A DNA stretch of 59,067 nucleotides, the filler included, from Platydemus manokwari (taxonomy: Eukaryota), in assembly GCA_037951405.1 (NCBI GenBank). It is 5 parts of 5 records of this genome, joined end to end, with 100 filler letters (N's around TTAATTAATTAA, not from the genome) between each part and the next. Parts side by side here need not be neighbours in the genome. Positions count along the whole stretch, not along the records: positions 47,861 to 59,067 come from JBBMOY010836645.1; 4 more parts are not named here. One strand, given 5' to 3'. Below the pieces are notes generated by a model. That model was not told the DNA's origin and made no database searches. It was given only the letters and a program-made list of their open reading frames with translations. Within the stretch, counting starts at the first letter, position 1, and each line of letters opens with the position of its first letter. Below, one piece after another: positions 54,272 to 59,067 of this stretch. The position numbers and the translations under genes were made by a program.

Positions 54272-54646
54272 TATCTAAAAGTGCATTACAAGTCAAATTA
54301 AAAAAGAGTGATTGTGGGCAATTATAGGCCCAACCTTTAGAAGAACTTTAAAAAGCAAAAAATCCTCTTAAGGCTTAAACTTTAAGAGACACCCTTTACC
54401 GTTCCTATAAATACAATAACATTTTAAATAATTATTCAAACTAATTATTTAGATCAAACTCCCGGTTATTTTCTGCTTCATATCTAATAATTTTCTATAT
54501 TGCATTCTATCTATTGATTTATCAATTATATTTATATTTATATTTTGAAGTACTAGTTTTAAAATGATTGGCGAATGTACTTTATTGGCGAATTCCAAAT
54601 ATTGACAACTCATTAATTTTCATATATTTAACAAAATACTTTAGAT

Positions 54647-55155
54647 TCATATATCGTTGAGTAAAGATAAAACAATACAAAAGAAAAATAATGATACACC
54701 ATAGTATTTCGGTTCTTTAAGCATGTGCATGTCTAAGTAATCACACAGAAATAGCAATGAGTCGATTAGAGGGATCTTAAATGGACGATTCAAATTCAAA
54801 AAATGGAAATAAATGCAGAATAATACATGCATGTAGATTGACCAATAGAGATTGATCACATAAAATCAATCAATGCAATTGAAACTTGAGAAACAAAAGA
54901 CCAAATCGAAACGTGATACACAAATGACACACAATTCTGAAGTGCAAGAAGTGATGTAAACATGGACAATAATTCCCTGTTGAAACCCGAGCAACATCAC
55001 ATTTTTTGTATTTGGGGTACTTTAAGGAATTTTGGAGTTATTGGTGTACGCGCTAATTGAAAAAATCTGTATCAGTGCAGTATTTTGAAGAAAAAACTTA
55101 TAGCTGTCAGCGAGTAATTCTTATCTCTCGAGACTAAGTGTTTCAAGAAAATTTC
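54647..55155 (-). pseudogene. possible degenerate SLC7/APC amino-acid transporter C-terminal fragment
   Basis: Frameshifted ELLSM..ITSCTSELCVI..LIDF..YFHFLNLNRPFKIPLI..LFL..EPKYYGVSLFF; RPFKxPL is characteristic of LAT-type SLC7 C-termini. Confidence 0.4.
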
Positions 55156-55746
55156 ATTCAGAAAACAAAATTTAATGAAACCTCTTTATTCAAAAAAATC
55201 AATATTGTAACAATGGAAAACCATTATTTGATATGATAATAACTAGTCTAACGTTTTAAATAAATAAGATATTGACATAGAATTTAACACGGGTCTCATA
55301 AGCAGTACTATCAAACTATAACAATTATTTATGTGAATCGAAAATTTGTGATGGAAGTATTTTCAAAAACTATACATTGTTGCACTTACAAACCTTTGTG
55401 AAATTATAAAAATAAGATATTAAGATTTTATTTAAGAAATTTTTATTTGATTATCGTTTGAGGAATGTGCCTAATTGTAACATTTGATATTAATAATAAA
55501 AGCATGTCATTCAGATATTATCTGATAATTGTGAGAAATAAAATCTCCTACATCTATCAAATTTATTATCACAATACATCTAATCAATTATTGTGATAAC
55601 AGAAATTGTGTTAAACATTTTTCATTAATATATAAAATATCATTGATTTCAATATCATTTGTTAAATTGGAAAACCCATTTAATTATCCAATCAAATATA
55701 ATGAACCAACTAAATAAATAATTCTTATTAGAATAGATGAAAATCA

Positions 55747-56625
55747 ATGGTGTGGTGTCCTAATCCAGATTTTTTGAAAAATTCTGATAAAAGTTTTAAA
55801 ATCGTTTATGGAATCAGCGGATGTTTGGCGTTGATTCTCAACGGTCTGATTATTTATCTCCATCAAAAATATGAGAGTAAATTTCTTGGTCGAAGAGCTA
55901 CATTCAATTTAATTATGAAGGTATTGAATATTTCGGATTTTCTGATATCGATTTGTGTAATAATCCATATCATACTATTAGCAACGGTTAGAATTGAAGA
56001 TGGTTGTTATACATTTATTTATGAATTCATACGAAATATGATTTGTGGAATAGAAATGATGATATTGACAATGATGGCAATTGATCGAACCGTGGCTGTT
56101 ATGTATCCGACATCAACAAAATGGACATTGAAGAAAATCAAGTTCTGTTTAGCCTGTATCGTTTCATTTTTTGTGATAACTCATTTGATATTGATCGTCA
56201 TTTCAATATTATTTCAAACCCAAGCTCGGTTTAGATTACAATATTTGTTATCATACGGTTTAAGTACTGTGACTCTATTAATAATAAATTCTGGATCCTA
56301 CCTAAGATTATTTATAGTATTTTATTTTCAAACCAAGAGAATGGGTATTGATCAAAGAAATGATGACGAAAATAACAGAAAAGCAAAACTGATCAAATTT
56401 GGCCGCTATCTATTTTTAACTAACATAATGTATTTAATATGCTTTTTACCGATGATTATTTCGAATACAAAAATTTTCGGAACTATTTCGTTAATTTGGG
56501 CTTACTTCTTTTATTTTGTAGTGCTTATAAATCCAATGATTTTCATTTGTGGTAATCAAAACATAATGGCGACGATTTGTGGATTTATTCGAAATAATCA
56601 GATAATTCCATCAAATAATAATTAA
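55747..56625 (+). CDS. divergent rhodopsin-class (class A) 7TM GPCR, intronless
   Basis: 292 aa with seven hydrophobic segments; TM1 LNG, TM2 LNISDF, TM3 MAIDRTVAVMYP, TM5 SY, TM6 YLICFLP, TM7 INPMIF. Confidence 0.88.
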   Translation: MVWCPNPDFLKNSDKSFKIVYGISGCLALILNGLIIYLHQKYESKFLGRRATFNLIMKVLNISDFLISICVIIHIILLATVRIEDGCYTFIYEFIRNMICGIEMMILTMMAIDRTVAVMYPTSTKWTLKKIKFCLACIVSFFVITHLILIVISILFQTQARFRLQYLLSYGLSTVTLLIINSGSYLRLFIVFYFQTKRMGIDQRNDDENNRKAKLIKFGRYLFLTNIMYLICFLPMIISNTKIFGTISLIWAYFFYFVVLINPMIFICGNQNIMATICGFIRNNQIIPSNNN

Positions 56626-58439
56626 TATATTAAATTGAATTTGTTATTTTATTTATTTTAGAATTTTAGAATTCAAAATGATATTTGAAATTATATTGAA
56701 ATAAATATTCTTCTGAATTTGTTGAATTTAAAAATAAAGTTGACTTTGACATCATTCATTGATAAAATGAAAGACAGCTTTGCGAATATATTATTATTTG
56801 AAAAAAAAAATTATTGAATAGAGCAAAATCGCTTGGTGCCGTTGAAGTGTTCCCATTTGCTAGAAGAAAATGCAATTTTGTTTGGCTTTTAACTGATAGA
56901 TAAGCACATAATTTTAAAAGATTGAACTCTTTCTAGCATTTACTGATTTCAATTTTTTAACTTTTATTTAATTTTATATTTCCAATTTTACATGTGAGGT
57001 TTTAAAAATTTTAATTTGAAAATGTTTTATAAATTAATACTAAAAGAAATGAATTTGTTTAAATAATTTCTTTTAAATCTATAATTTGATGTCGTGACAT
57101 TTCAGTTCGTTTTCAGTGCGTGCCTTATACAACAGTCGGGTCTTGCATTACATTTGAGATTAGGCGAAAACATTACAATTTATCCCCTTAGTTTTCTTTA
57201 ATTAATTATTGAATTTTTTTATTTTATTTTTAAAACATTTAAAGTTTCTTCAAATCATTAATGACCACTGTGTCCCAGTATTATGTGAAAATATTAAAAT
57301 TTTAATTCTTAAACTTCTCTTCTATGTACTAAATATTTACAGAAATTTAACTTAGAAAATCGATTGGAGCAGCCTGTTAAAGAAATACAAGGTGTTTGGA
57401 GTTCGAGGATTTATTTATGATTAAAGTAAATATTCGTGAAATGTTATTATTGAAAAATTATAGAAAAAATAAAGATTTTTACCTACCATTAGTAACTATA
57501 GCAATAAAATATAATTTGGATAAAATTATTTATACTAATGTCCTCTTAGTGCAGTTTTTAAAAAAAATTATTTTAAAAACCGAGTTAATGGAAAAAGGTT
57601 TTTAACTAAATTTTTCTGATATTTGCTTTACTGATAATGAAAATTTTTGCCAGACGAAAATCGTACAATTCAATTATCGAATACTCTCAATCACTAACAT
57701 TACTTTGCGTTTAATACTTACAAGTGCGTTTCAAATATTTTACAACAATTAACCTGTGAAGATCAGCATTAAAGTGAATATAAAAATAAAATATTAACAT
57801 CGTCATGAACGGTTTAATAAATTCCTTCATTTATAAAATATATTCTAAATTTAATAATCTGCGAGTGCAACGTATTCAATATAATCGAATGAACCGAACA
57901 ACTGTTTTTGAGACTCATTCCCGTATTCTTACAGATTCTAAGTTTTATTTCAAGACAAAACAAGATGTCAAAGAGAATAATTTTATAGCTTCATGGGGTT
58001 TATTATTTTATTTTTCAGATTTTGAATTCCTGTCTGGTGTATGATTTTGATCTTGAAGTAATAAGATTTCCGCAATTTCAAATAATTGTCTTTAGATATT
58101 TAACGTCGAATCCGATTTTCATGTATAAGAAGATAGTCATTGAAAATGTTTTAAAATAAATTAAAATGCGGGTTATTAAACAGATAGATTATAATTTATC
58201 ATTTGTTATTAACTGATACAAACAAAATCCAATTTATTTGTCTATTGACGATATCGATGGGGAGAATGACGATTTGTAAATTCTCCCCATGTTGATGATT
58301 TGCTGCTTATGTTAGGATTATCATCGATATCGTCAAAAGAACTCAAATCAAAATCAACATAAAAATTATCAATTATTGTTGTCAATTTTTTATATAACCC
58401 GATCTTTTATTTCAAGTTATTTTTTTATACTTTACCTAT

Positions 58440-59002
58440 CTGGCCACAAGGTGCTCAATACAGTTATTTATGAGAACTTGTGCAAACAAGTTATCCTCAC
58501 CATTCTAGTAAAAACTCCATTATCAGCTTCTCTCGTTATAGACTAGAATCGATACTATTAGCTCAAAGCTTGTGATTTTCGTACAGATACCCTTTAGGAC
58601 ACAACATTGTAACAGAGCTCGATCAGTGATAATATTTTCTAAATCTACTAAACAACCTTTGCACTCAATATCCTGAATATTTTCAGTATTGTCTCAACAA
58701 TTGGGATCATCTTCTTAATCCCAGTCATCTCAGTATTCAATCTACCAGAGAATGGGATCCCAATTACAGACTCAATAATCCTACTAAAGTCTACGAAAGA
58801 GCCAATATAAATTGAAAGTGGATTTTGACGATGACAATTTGCGATTAAAATTTTTACATAATTTTGTGATTTTATTAGACTTTTTGCATGAAATGTATAA
58901 ACATTTGTTATCTCGTTTAATAATGTTTAATAATAACTCACCTGTTTTTTTAAATGACCACAAAGTGTTTCCATGACAAACAGGGGAACTGAGTATAAAC
59001 AT
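58440..59002 (-). pseudogene. possible degenerate cysteine-rich surface protein with a sushi/CCP-like segment
   Basis: SSVTMLCPKGYLYE (about 58619-58578) fits the CCP core S.V...C..GY; upstream Cys-containing ORF 58784-59002; stops and frameshifts. Confidence 0.3.
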
Positions 59003-59024
59003 TGAACTTGGTTATTGATTTTTC

Positions 59025-59028
<4 letters not shown>

Positions 59029-59067
<39 letters not shown>
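59029..59067. repeat. (CT)n microsatellite
   Basis: Directly visible at the window end. Confidence 0.95.

Overview
Very AT-rich animal genomic DNA, not prokaryotic. Five contigs are joined by four artificial 100-nt linkers (N44-TTAATTAATTAA-N44), so adjacency across a linker is unproven. Genes that look intact: mitochondrial ATP synthase beta (2 exons), an intronless ARM-TIR-SAM protein and an intronless divergent rhodopsin-class GPCR. CTNNBL1 is present as 5 exons and its 3' part is missing before the contig end. Most introns I could define are short GT-AG introns of 40-71 nt, suggesting a compact-genome invertebrate (inference). Contig 12696-21769 is a small innate-immunity locus: a disrupted TRAF gene, the ARM-TIR-SAM gene with a retained catalytic-type Glu, and an old inverted duplication carrying a second TIR fragment. 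The rest is rich in decaying material: a deleted mariner, a Ty3/gypsy element with 99-bp LTRs, a second gypsy relic, a hAT-like MITE with a visible empty site, Merlin-, LINE- and SF3-helicase-like relics, dispersed repeats, and several degenerate C-type-lectin/sushi-like surface-protein fragments. All alignments and translations were done by eye; no database search was run.
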